A program made the translations under genes and the position numbers. A model generated the notes under the pieces. It did not search any database. It was not told the origin of the DNA and saw only the letters and a program-made list of their open reading frames with translations. A DNA stretch of 63,793 nt, the filler included, from Intoshia linei (taxonomy: Eukaryota > Animalia > Orthonectida): NCBI GenBank assembly GCA_001642005.1. It is 4 parts of 4 records of this genome, joined end to end, with 100 filler letters (N's around TTAATTAATTAA, not from the genome) between each part and the next. Parts side by side here need not be neighbours in the genome. Positions count along the whole stretch, not along the records: positions 34,831 to 59,238 come from LWCA01000536.1; positions 59,339 to 63,793 come from LWCA01001933.1; 2 more parts are not named here. One strand, given 5' to 3'. Of the stretch, positions 52,401 through 63,793 are shown in pieces. The stretch's first letter is position 1, and each line of letters begins with the position of its first letter.

Positions 52401-53975
52401 TTTTAAACGTAGTAGAGTAACTTTTTTTATTTTCATACACCAATTAATTAAAATCTAGTGGCATAGTATACAAGTGACATAATATACATTTCGATACAGC
52501 ATTTCTCAATTTTTGTTCTATCAATCCGTTTACAATCCCCTTAATTATCATAATATCATTTTATATATACCCCACTCATTTTCTATGTTAAGGCTAACTG
52601 ATCAGTTTTGAAAATTTATCAAATTTACTTAGTCGTTATTAATTCACTCGTGTACCTTACATTTTCAATAAAAAACAACTTCTAACTTCTACGAAAAAAT
52701 GACTTAACCCATAAGCATAATATTGGTATCATCATGCTTGAAATTGCATGCTAATTAACATTTGAAAAATTAAATTTATTAACGTTTACTTGCCCTAATA
52801 ATCATATTCAAAAAAATAATTTGAAATTTTCCATATGTAAGTTAGATATATCAAATATAAAATATGTTCATAATATGTAATTTTTATATTATGAAAATTA
52901 AGACTTATTTATTAAAATTGATTTATTACCATTAAATGTAATTATATTTTTACCAGTAAAATAACCGACACGGGTAAGCGCCCGAACTACTTTCGTTACA
53001 AGAATTTTACGGTCTGGTTCATGAATTTAATAAAGTTGCTCCCAGGAGGAGTACAGAGTTGTTTGCCGATGCTGTAATTACAAAACATTTTGCCTTGATT
53101 TAAAAAATTTAAATTGGAGACAATTGAACGTGAGCCCTCATGCATCGTTATTAACCTTATTTTTTAATTAAAATTAAATAATAATAATTTTTATCTTGAT
53201 TTTATATTAATTGATGAACAATAATATTTAACGTGTAGTATTTCTACAATAATTTAATAATTTGTACAATAATTTGTATTTTGACATTAAAAATAACTAA
53301 CGGCAAGGTTTGGAAACAAAATATCCTTTATTTTTATTAATATTGATAAATGCAAAATTTCTAATGAACAAGTAACTAATTTGTGTATTTGTTAATTTAA
53401 TCCTTCTAATTATGAGATTAGTATTGTATTATAATTATCTAACGTTTAATGACAATTATTTGTAAAATTTTCTGTTCTTTGAACGTTCAGTGTTTTGATA
53501 TAATCAAATAATCCAACTGTAACATTACCCTCAGGCAATAATTTATATCTTCATTGTTAAGTTAGGCATTTTTTATCTTTTCAAACCAAATTGGAAATAA
53601 AATTATTTTAAAATGATAAATGTGTAATTGTAAACAATGTATTTATTATAATATTTATTTTTAAATATACATCTTGTTTAGGTATGGTTTCAAAATAGAC
53701 GAGCCAAATCTAGAAAATGTGGTAAAAGAGGATTTGTAGATGAAGAATTACGATCAAAAGACAAAAAAGAATTTGACAATAAATGGTACCGTTATGAAAA
53801 AACAAATCAATCTATACAACCAGAAATTCCCAATCATTTTCCAAACGAAATTCAAAATGGAAATTCGAAAACTTTGGAAAAAAATCTATATCTGTTATTT
53901 AATTCTAAAAATTATTTTCCCAATGGAAACAAATTATTCTCTCAATCGGAATTGGACATGTCAAATGGAAAATAA
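49475..53975 (+). CDS. hbn: PRD-class Q50 homeobox protein, homeobrain-like; 3 exons
   Basis: eh1/octapeptide KFSIHNIL in exon 1. Homeodomain [47 protein letters not shown]|[12 protein letters not shown] with the typical Q|V intron (51194-53681). KVRR and LSEAR are Hbn-like rather than Rx-like. Confidence 0.8.
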
Positions 53976-54149
53976 ATATAAATTGTATCTTTAATCCCAT
54001 ATGTTGTGTTTGTATTTCAATTGTAATTTTGTAATTTGTAAAATACAAATTGTATATTATTTTAATTTGCTATATATTTTTTCTGAACGCAATATCATTT
54101 GACTTTACGTACATTTATACAAAAATTATTAGACAGCGTTAATTTATCA

Positions 54150-57100
54150 ATGATTTCACAAATTTTAGTACAATTTTTTTTCATTGTCTTGCGTGCAACT
54201 GACCCAACTACTTGGAACCCTGTAATAATGGAGAACTACGTTAATAGAAAATACAACATATTCGCTTATGGATTTCCAAAATATTTGGATGTTACATATC
54301 TAACAAACTCACTTGGTGATCGAGAATTATCTCTTGTATTTGGAAGGCCTGTTGTTTTTACTGAGTGGAATTTAATTATTTATAGGATGATAAAATTTTT
54401 TATCACGACAAATAATGAGGATTTGGTTGAATTTACAAAACAATCCATTAAATTTGTTTTTAGTCCATTATATATTCATATACTGGCTGTTTAATCAAAA
54501 AATTGAATGGAGAACTTTGCCCAAGTATTTTTTTCAAATTTTAATGTAATTTTTTATAATCAGATCCTTGTAAAAGAAATCCGTGTAATTTTATTTATCA
54601 ATCCATGGGAAATGTGTGCAGAATTATCAATGGAGGATTCTACAATTATGATTATACATGTGACTGTAAATTTGGCTATAAATGGAATTCACAAAGTGAA
54701 GAATGTTCACGAATCGATGTGTGTAAAGACCAAAATTCGTGTATTAAAAACAATTCCATCAGCTGCCAAGTAATCTTACTTTTTATTATCTTTTTGTATG
54801 TTATCTATCTTACTAAAACAATAATGCAAAACCAGTTTTAATCAAGCCACAATAGTGAACCTTTCAATATAGTTTAACATTATATTCATAATATTCAAAT
54901 AATATATTTATATATTGCTTAAGGTTATAAAACCAGAAGAGGGTAACTTTAAATGTATTTGTCAACCCCAATTTATGGGGTTACAATGTAAACTACCTCG
55001 AGACCCGTGCATATGGCCCAATGCCAATCAAATTGTTGGAGCAGAAAAGTGTGGCTATAATGGAAAATGTATAGGATCGATTGGAACAGATTCATATTAT
55101 TGCATGTGTCACAGCGGTTATACCGGTAAGTGGGTGTTTAGTCATAAAAACTTGAAATATTCAAAATTAATTATAATTAGATAACCCGTCAAATTCTTAC
55201 TCAGATTGTCAAGTCTATGAGGCATTGTGCGAAGGAATTTTATGTGTAAATGGTGTTTGCGTGTAATTTATTTATAAAGATTTTCAATTGACGTACGCAT
55301 GTTTTCGCCATAGTAAATGAGTATTCTATTTACCATTATTTTAGGTTATTCATGGTAATATGTTTGATAAAATTACCCTAAATAACCAAAAATGGCTCGC
55401 AATTGAAAATGTCTGTTTACATAATTGATTCATTCATTTGTATTTTTAGAGCATCTACTAAAAATGCAATATGTGTGTGCAATGAGGGCTATTCAGACAG
55501 TCAATGTGCTACAAGTATATAAAATACATTTGCATGCTAAATATTTAATCAGAACTTCCATATTGGTTAAACTGGGAAACTTGGGGTGATTGTTACCCGA
55601 GATGTGGTACAAATAGAAAACAAAATAGAACTCGCTCATGCAGCGAAAAGGGTAATTATTGTGTTGGAACACGTTATGAATGGAAAACATGTAACGATAC
55701 TATCTGTCTAGTTAATGGTATTTTATTAACTAATTATGAATTAAAATTTACAATGAAAAAGTCATTATAATGTATTATTGTTCAATTAATCATTATGTGT
55801 ATTATATTATTAATTACTCTTGTAATCATAATTTACATGTACTAAAATGTATTATAATTTATAATTTATAATATATTAGTATATATCAATAATTCCTAAC
55901 GTGGGTGGTAGCGAGCACCTAGGGGCGCTGGAGCTTTTTTTGGAGGGGAGATAGAAAAAATTTTAATTTTTGGGCCCTGGACTAAATTTGATATTTTATT
56001 ATTATTAATTTGATTATTTTTTATTTTTACTTACATTTTAATAATAACGATGAATTATATGTTGACTGAAAACTGGCCACGTTGAATACATAATGTAGGC
56101 AGTTAATTTGTTTTAAAGTTTAAATTAAACATTGAATACAATTTTACTATTTTATTTGATTTTATTGGCAATATTATATATTGTTATAACTTATAACATA
56201 CACAATGTGGTGTATAATCCAAAAATAGTGGTAGGATTAGCAGTAGAATATTTTTATGACGCAGAGGTCAATTATGTAATTACGCAATTTTTGCATTTAT
56301 TTTTGATGCATGAATCAAAATAATTATATCTTTGGATTTAAAATAATCAAAATAAACATATGGTAGGTATATTTGAAAATTGGAACGACTGGCTTCCTTG
56401 TGATCATAATTGTGGAACGGGAGAACAAGTTTCTACGAGAAGTTGTATTTATAATACTGATGTAATATATATTTTTTTCAAAAAATTACACCAAAATTGT
56501 CACTAACAATATTCGTCATATCATATAATATTTTCAAAAGCCGTTAAGTCGGATAAGTTTGACAATAATCAATAATTATAATTAGTGAATGTATTATTTA
56601 GTTAGGCGAAGAAGGTTGGGGGAAACCATGTCCTGTCAAAAAATCTACTAGAAAGAGATGTAATATTAATTAATACATTTTAAATAAAGATATACTAAAA
56701 ATGACGATTTGAACTTAAAATTAAGGGGCTAAAGTGAAGGTTAACGGGTTAATAGCATTTGAGGACTTTTAAAGTTTTAATTGGAATTTTAATAAATCAG
56801 TGTTTAAATAATATATTATATTGTCGGTTTAATAAATTTTCAATAATATATTCTTAGATTGTAATGTACACACCTGTGTGAATAGTATACGCCAACGTTT
56901 ATTTGAACTTGCTGCCGAAACAATACGTAGATTTGAAGGAAAATTAAACGTTAAATCCACAGGTATTGTCTACTTGGGCCGAGCCAGATATGTTTGTTTT
57001 TGTAGAAAACTACATAACAGATAAGCCATCATATTTAATAATAATTGTCGTATACGAAGAGCGAGCAAAATGAAATATCATTTTAAAAACTATCAACTTC

Positions 57101-57471
57101 AATTTGAAAAATTCGTTTTTTAAAATAAAAGTATCCTACTATCTCCTCTCCCTACCGTTCTCTACCTTTTCTTTGACCATTTATATTGGACGGTATCTTT
57201 TATATGTCCATCTTCTTGAATATCCATATTTCATTTCTCTAAAAATTTGACAGGTAAGGATCACACTTACCTTTTGATACATTGTACAATGTACATATAA
57301 TTATTAATAAAATTATATATACAGGTTGGAGGCCATGGAATGATTGGAGTAACTGTGATGTTGAATGTGGTTTTGGAGACAAATACAAAGTGCGAAGTTG
57401 TGGATATGGGACTAATAAATGCATTGGAACATATTTTAAATCTCAGAGATGCTTTGTGGAATGTTTTCCAC
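54150..57471 (+). CDS. Secreted or surface protein with several EGF-like repeats and three TSP type-1 repeats; 3' end uncertain
   Basis: Signal-like MISQILVQFFFIVLRA, EGF motifs (YTCDCKFGY, CICQPQFMGLQC, YYCMCHSGYTG, CVCNEGY) and TSP1 motifs (WLNWETWGDCYPRCG, ENWNDWLPCDHNCG, WRPWNDWSNCDVECG). Confidence 0.85.
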
Positions 57472-58399
57472 GTAATAATTTTAAATTACAGTATTATATT
57501 AGTATGTTATGGATAATTTTCCATATTAAGCTTATATCATGGCAAATCTGCAATATACCAATTAAGTATAATTTAGTCAAAATATATATATCGAAATACT
57601 AAAATGGCGGTATTAAGCGGTCTGACTGTATTTTTGGTGTATGAAACTTGTATAATATACACACATATACAATTTATATGTAGGGTTGAATTACTTTTTA
57701 TTAATAGAAGGACTGGAGAGTTGAAATGTTGAGAAACTCTGTTATAATAGATTGTTGTATCTTAATAATTTAGAAGTAAATTCTACTAAAATTAACACCT
57801 TAGATAATTTAATGAAAAAGGTATTTCAAGGTATATTAAATTCATATTTTATTATATTATATTATTTACTGATTCAGTGTCTCTCAACTTAACACGGCTC
57901 CCTTATGTCAAGCAAACTTTTTTTACGGGCCCCTTAAAGAAAGTATAAACCATTTCATCGACTAATGATTTAATGATGGTGAAAAGCAAAGACGCTAATT
58001 TCTGAGATTGTAGTGATATCTTAGTATCACTATGAAGATTTAAAGAAGAAACCGATAATAAAATAATTAAAGTAGACTAAAAAGAGCACTTTTGAAATGA
58101 TAAAACGAGTAGAAAAATAATAAAATGTATCATACTCATTTTTTTTGGAGAAATTGCAAGCACTAGCTGCGACCCCCCGGTTAAGTATATACTACACACT
58201 GTCTCAATTTATTAGGCAAATCTAAAAAATTAAAAAATTCGTTCCAAGGAGTGGACTAAATTCTTAAATTTTTTTTGGGGAGTGTGCACAATAGTTTACG
58301 ACAATATTTAAAATGCAAACAAAAAAAATCTAATACAATTAAAATTGAAATAATTGAATATATATAAATATTAGTTAATACAAGTTTCAAAATATTAGG

Positions 58400-59200
58400 C
58401 AAATGTAATGAACATAGGTGAATAAAGTGGAATTTATATTAAAAATTAGTTCTAATATTTAATATAGTTGCCATGAACTTGTAACACCTTAATNTATATA
58501 AATATTAGTTAATACAAGTGTGTCAAAATATTAGGCAAATGTAATGAAAATAGGTGAATGAAGTGGAATTTATCTTTAAAAATTAGTTCTAATATATAAT
58601 ATAGTTGCCATGAACGTGTAACACCTTAATGAGCCTAGCATCGACAGAATCGGTCAATCTCTTGACTCGTTCTGGTATAATTGATTTAGACACTTCTTTA
58701 ATAGCATTCCAAAGGTCATCAANATTAAAAATTAGTTCTAATATTTAATATAGTTGCCATGAACTTGTAACACCTTAATGAGCCTAGCATCGACAGAATC
58801 GGTCAATCTCTTGACACGTTCTGGTATAATTGATTTAGACACTTTTTTAATAGCATTCCAAAGTTCATCAAGGGAGTTATATTGAGTCCCAGCCAAATAT
58901 AATTTTCTAAATGATTAATATGAATAATTATTAAAGTAATTTCAATATATTACATTTTTATCATGCTCCAGTAATTTTCTATTGGGTTTAAATCGGGACT
59001 GTTAGGGGGCCAATTCATCAATTTTTATCCGCTAATGCAATTTTCTAAAAGAAAGGTTCTAGTAAATAACGATGCATGTGAAGGTGCATTGTCATGCATA
59101 AATATGCACTTATTTCTAAAAATGTCGGTCTTCGAATTTATCCATGGACAGTAATTTTCCTCCAGAAATTCTGAGTAACTAAATATAAAAATTGAAACAT
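58400..59200 (-). pseudogene. Tc1-like transposase remnant; its 3' part is repeated in tandem
   Basis: FMHDNAPSHAS, LMNWPPNSPDLNPIENYW and SVDARLIKV on the minus strand. Confidence 0.85.
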
Positions 59201-59238
59201 GCTAAAATAATAAGTATTACAATTTAGAATTCATTTTC

Positions 59239-59338
59239 NNNNNNNNNNNNNNNNNNNNNNNNNNNNNNNNNNNNNNNNNNNNTTAATTAATTAANNNNNN
59301 NNNNNNNNNNNNNNNNNNNNNNNNNNNNNNNNNNNNNN
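59239..59338. other. Assembly gap with TTAATTAATTAA linker
   Basis: N-run with linker. Confidence 0.97.
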
Positions 59339-59913
59339 AATAAAAATTATAAAAATAATATACGATGTAGTATTATTCAGAGTCGAATCTACCAAACTCA
59401 AAGCCCCGAAAATAAAAAATAAGTCCCTAAAAAAATTATTGCATCGATGGATAATTCCGTTTACAATAATTCTAATCCCAACACCTACATGGACTAGAAC
59501 GTGAAATTTTAAATTTGAGATAAAACATTTTCAGAGTTTTGACATTGAAAAATATAATTTTTAATGGTGACTTTGGAAAACTCGGTGCCATTTTACAAAA
59601 ATTGGAGGGTCTCGACACAGTCGGTTCGGATCAGGTATGATTAGTATTGTTTGTTGTTTTTTTAATGAAAAGATTATGATTTTTCTCAAAAAAAATTAAA
59701 AAAATTAAAAAATTAAAATTATTGTAAAGTTAAAATTTTATTTTACGGCGTATGGCTTATTTAACCTCATTAACACAATTTATTCATAATTAAAAATTTA
59801 GAATAAATTTAAAAATTTGTCAAAAAATACCTCAAAAACAGAAAAAAATGCAAAAAAGTAAAAAAAATGTACATGCATTTGTATTACATTATTATATTTT
59901 TCATAAATAATAC

Positions 59914-61655
59914 TTTATAATATCTGCTACACAAGTCGGAATGGTACATTATCAAATGACTTGTATTTAACTTCCAATAATGTTTTTTAATCTAAATTAA
60001 TAATAATGATTAGTTAATTCAATTAATGAACACTTGAATAGGGAGTCCCTATTAAGCACATAATAATTAATAAAATCATTTCATAAAACTTGTACACTTT
60101 TGTATATTTTGACCAACTTAAGTTGAGGTTAGAAATTAAATATCGACCAAGGAAATACCTAGATTTAGTAATCTAAATGAATATACATTGTACGAAATAC
60201 CGTTGAATCATCTTCTGAATGATGATACATCCATCCCGCGTGAATAGTTTCACCTTGGTTTTGTTTTTTCTTTTTAATAGATTGAGTCACCCGCATAAGT
60301 GGTATATTTGACAAATTTTCTGCAATAGTCCTAAATCACAAAGATACACTCCAAGATAATAGTTAGATTAGTAAAATCCCATTTTTACACTTTCTTTTTC
60401 TTTAAATATTTTAATATGTATACTCTTTATATAATTCAAAACAAACCGGAACAATTTTATCGTATCAAATGAGTTTCTCAAAATTCAAAATAAAATGCAA
60501 TACAATACGAACGAAATAAATTTAAAAAATAAACTAAAAAATTCAAATATTAAATTACGTCAAAGGTAAATATTAAATATTTTTAAAAATTTGTAATATT
60601 TACATCATGTTAACGTCATCACTCATTTTATCCGTAACTATTTTTTCTTCGCTATCTGATTCAGATTTTAGCTGATATTCTTCATCATCTTCCATTAGAG
60701 AATATTGAGTAGTTTCTACAAATTATTAAATTAGTATTTCTGCTATTAAAATATACAAAACATTAATTATATATACATTTAAACATAAAAATTATTTACA
60801 TTTTATACTGATTTATTTATTTATATAAAATACGTGTATAATTTGTATATTTGTATAAACTATGATAGTTGAATTATACAAATTTCTGTATTTACGTTAA
60901 TTAATTTAAAAATCATATGATACCTGGTTTAACTTGACAGTTCTTTTTTGCTGATTGAACACACTTTTTATGGTAAACGAAATTACAATCTAAGATGGTT
61001 CAATTATCATAATTTTCATTTAATTGTTAAAAATACCTGTGCACATCATGACTTTTCGAAAGAGACCTTTAAAATGTTTTTTACAGTAGCTGCATGAAGT
61101 AGCTTTTTTGAAAATCGTTAATACGAATGTATGTGGTAACTAAATTGTAAATTAAATTTTTATTAATTTTATGTTGACTGATACTAAAAATTGTTGATTT
61201 AGTCAAAAAACGATGTATTTATCTTTACTCTTTAAATACATAAGATATCACCCTCATTGTCTCTTCTAGATTCAAATTTATAGCCTCACAAAAAGTTTTT
61301 TAAATTCTTTATACGAATGTTAACAAAATAACATAATAATACTGATCGGTCCATAGTAAAACACGTTTGGTTGGTAGCACCACCCCTTTAAGGGATTGTT
61401 AATAATGAATAGTAGTATGATTGGTAATTGTGATATTTTTATTTATTTGATTATAATATTGAATTGAATTCGTATCAGCAGATTTAAATACGGTTTATAT
61501 GATATACATTGTACAATGTAGAGATATTTCTAAATTTTAGATTGTAAAACATACTCCTGTAATATGGTCATCCTGTGGTTCATTGTGTAATTTTTTCCCA
61601 AAACATTGGCAAGTATCGTTAATAATGCATCTCTTGTGGTAATTTTTTTGACATA
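59914..61655 (-). CDS. PRKD: Protein kinase D, partial (end of C1a, C1b, start of PH)
   Basis: CQKNYHKRC, LPHTF...CSYCKKHFKGLFRKVMMCT|DCNFVYHKKC, SNIPLMRVTQSIK...GWMYHHS and IKKHYWKLN...SRYYK. Confidence 0.88.
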
Positions 61656-63793
61656 CTAAAATTTAAATTAAAAATAATACAATATAATGAAATATTAACT
61701 CACTTTTTCTTAGTACGACGATATGGTCACCAAAACATAAATATAACAAAAATATTGAAAGATAAATAGTATAATTATATAAATATGTAAGAATTATATA
61801 TGAAACTGTAATTTAGATATCATAACGTACATTACTCAATTGTACTATTCACTCTGAAAAAAGTTACCGTTTGTCAAATTCACTCCAGAGACAAAAATTT
61901 TTTTATAAAAATAAATAAATAAAACTTAGACATTTATCCGTTATATAAAAATTAGTTAAATTATAAAACTTTTTGCAATTAATTCATTGTATAATTTTAG
62001 CGTAGCATTAAAAAATTTTTATCAAAAAATTCACCGCTAGACGACATTTAGCTCATATAATGATATTGTTACATTATAACCCCATATGAGGAATGATCAA
62101 AAATAAATAATCAATAATCAATTAATAATTATTGAAATTCATACCTTTGAGGGAGATAAATATTAACTAATTTCAATTTTTTGGGATAAATGCTTAAAAT
62201 CAAAGACATCCACGTGCAAAATCAGTTTTAATAATAAAAAAAATATAATAAAAAGAAAATAGACATCCTACAGTATAATATAGTATATTGAATATAATAA
62301 TACTAATAATAATAATTTGTAGATTTGTACTTTGTTTAAAAAAATCATACGATAATAATTTTTATTTTCGGGCTTTTTAAAATGTCTTATTAAAAATGTC
62401 ATATAACATTATATTATGATGTATAAATATACTATTAATTGCATCACAACTTTAACACGTAATTAGGAATTGATAAAATAAACATCCTGCAATATAATAT
62501 ATTATATCAATATTGACACGATAACACGATGCAACACTGAAAAGTGTAATATCAAAATTTGTTAAAATAAATATCATTATAATCCTTTCAGTTCAGAGAG
62601 CAGGTAGTTTTTTTCAGATTTTTTTTCGAAATCGTCTTCAAAAGTTATACCATTTTTGAAGTCTAGATATTTATATGATGATTTTAACTCAAATGAACTT
62701 TATTTATTTATTTATTAAATTGATAGATTTATATATTCAGTGAATATATATCATCACATTGAGAATGACTAAATAGGTTTTTATAATTTTATTCTTTCTG
62801 GAATTTATGCTATTTATGACATCTTTTAGAATTGGACTGTTTTTATTTTATTTTTAATATTTTATACACATATTCTGTCTAATAAATTAAAAAAATGGGA
62901 TAACAATTGTTTTTATTATTCAAACTCATTTTATAATTGACACTGAATTTGCGATAAAAAATTAATTCATTTATTTACTAATTATTATTATTTATTAAAT
63001 TTAATTCTTAATTTTTGAATTAAAATGTAGCATACATATGTTATGTATGTTATGTACAACACAAATGTACATATATTCATTTTTATACAGTACATACATA
63101 TTTAGTTTTATGTTAGTATAAGAAAAGATATTTAAAGAATATTATTTAATTTTTATGTACACTCACGTAATTTAATATTAAATTTAATTTCATAATTGTC
63201 ATATACCATTGATGGAACAGTCCAAATAATGTATATTATCGGCCAGCATAGTAAAATCTGGTGAAGTTCATAGTGCAGTCAGAAATTCTGACTCAGAATT
63301 AGATCATAACATTGTCACTAGAGTTGTTTCTAATCAAATTAAAAAAATGAACATTTTAAAAAACGTAAAAATTGTGTTAATTAATTTCAAAGAAAGTACT
63401 GTTAAAATATAGAAAACACTGTAAAACTTAATTAGACACCTGGTTGACACTTGGTAATTTAAATCAGCCATTCTCAATGGGGTCCACAGCTTTTTTTTGG
63501 GGGTCCATGAAAATTATATACATTTATTACATATTATAGACATTTTCAGTAACATAAAGTCGTTTTTAAAACATAAAGGCTCAGAAATACTAATATAAAA
63601 CGTGAAAATCATGTAAAAGTAAATTATTTGGTATTAAATTAAATTACTTACAAGTGTAAAAACTTATTGAGAAACCTCCATTGTTTTATTTTAGGAGCAG
63701 CGTTTTTATTTAATTATTTTATTAAAATTTATGACCGACCCAAGTTTCTAGTCATAAAAAAAAGCTTTAAATTTCAAATTGAAAATGGGACAA

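Noticed and set aside
58357-58870. Tandem triplication of the Tc1 3' region
   Set aside because: Copies are joined at single n bases, so it is probably an assembly overlap artefact.

Overview
Very AT-rich, gene-dense animal genomic DNA with many 28-60 nt GT-AG introns. There are three scaffold gaps, each padded with a TTAATTAATTAA linker. The style suggests a compact invertebrate genome such as the orthonectid Intoshia; that is an inference and was not checked. Genes, spliced by eye, in order: Rad21/Rec8 kleisin (-, runs off the window), ECT2 (+, nearly intronless), a 16-exon BRCT-less ECT2 paralog with a predicted N-acylation motif (-), an unknown gene (-), CPEB2-4/Orb2 (+), CENP-S (+), CTDNEP1 (-), RPL38 3' exons (+), MGRN1/RNF157 (-), SRRM2/CWC21 (+), a homeobrain-like paired-class homeobox gene (+), a secreted EGF+TSP1 protein (+) and a partial protein kinase D (-). 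Introns and intergenic DNA hold a piggyBac nested in a hAT element, a Helitron-like family, hAT and TA-target MITEs, Tc1 and mariner remnants and minisatellites. The most notable items are the tail-to-tail ECT2 pair with opposite architectures, convergent stop codons 2 bp apart, a candidate nested antisense micro-gene and a candidate Sm-site or C/D-box ncRNA. Exon boundaries may be off by a few bases.
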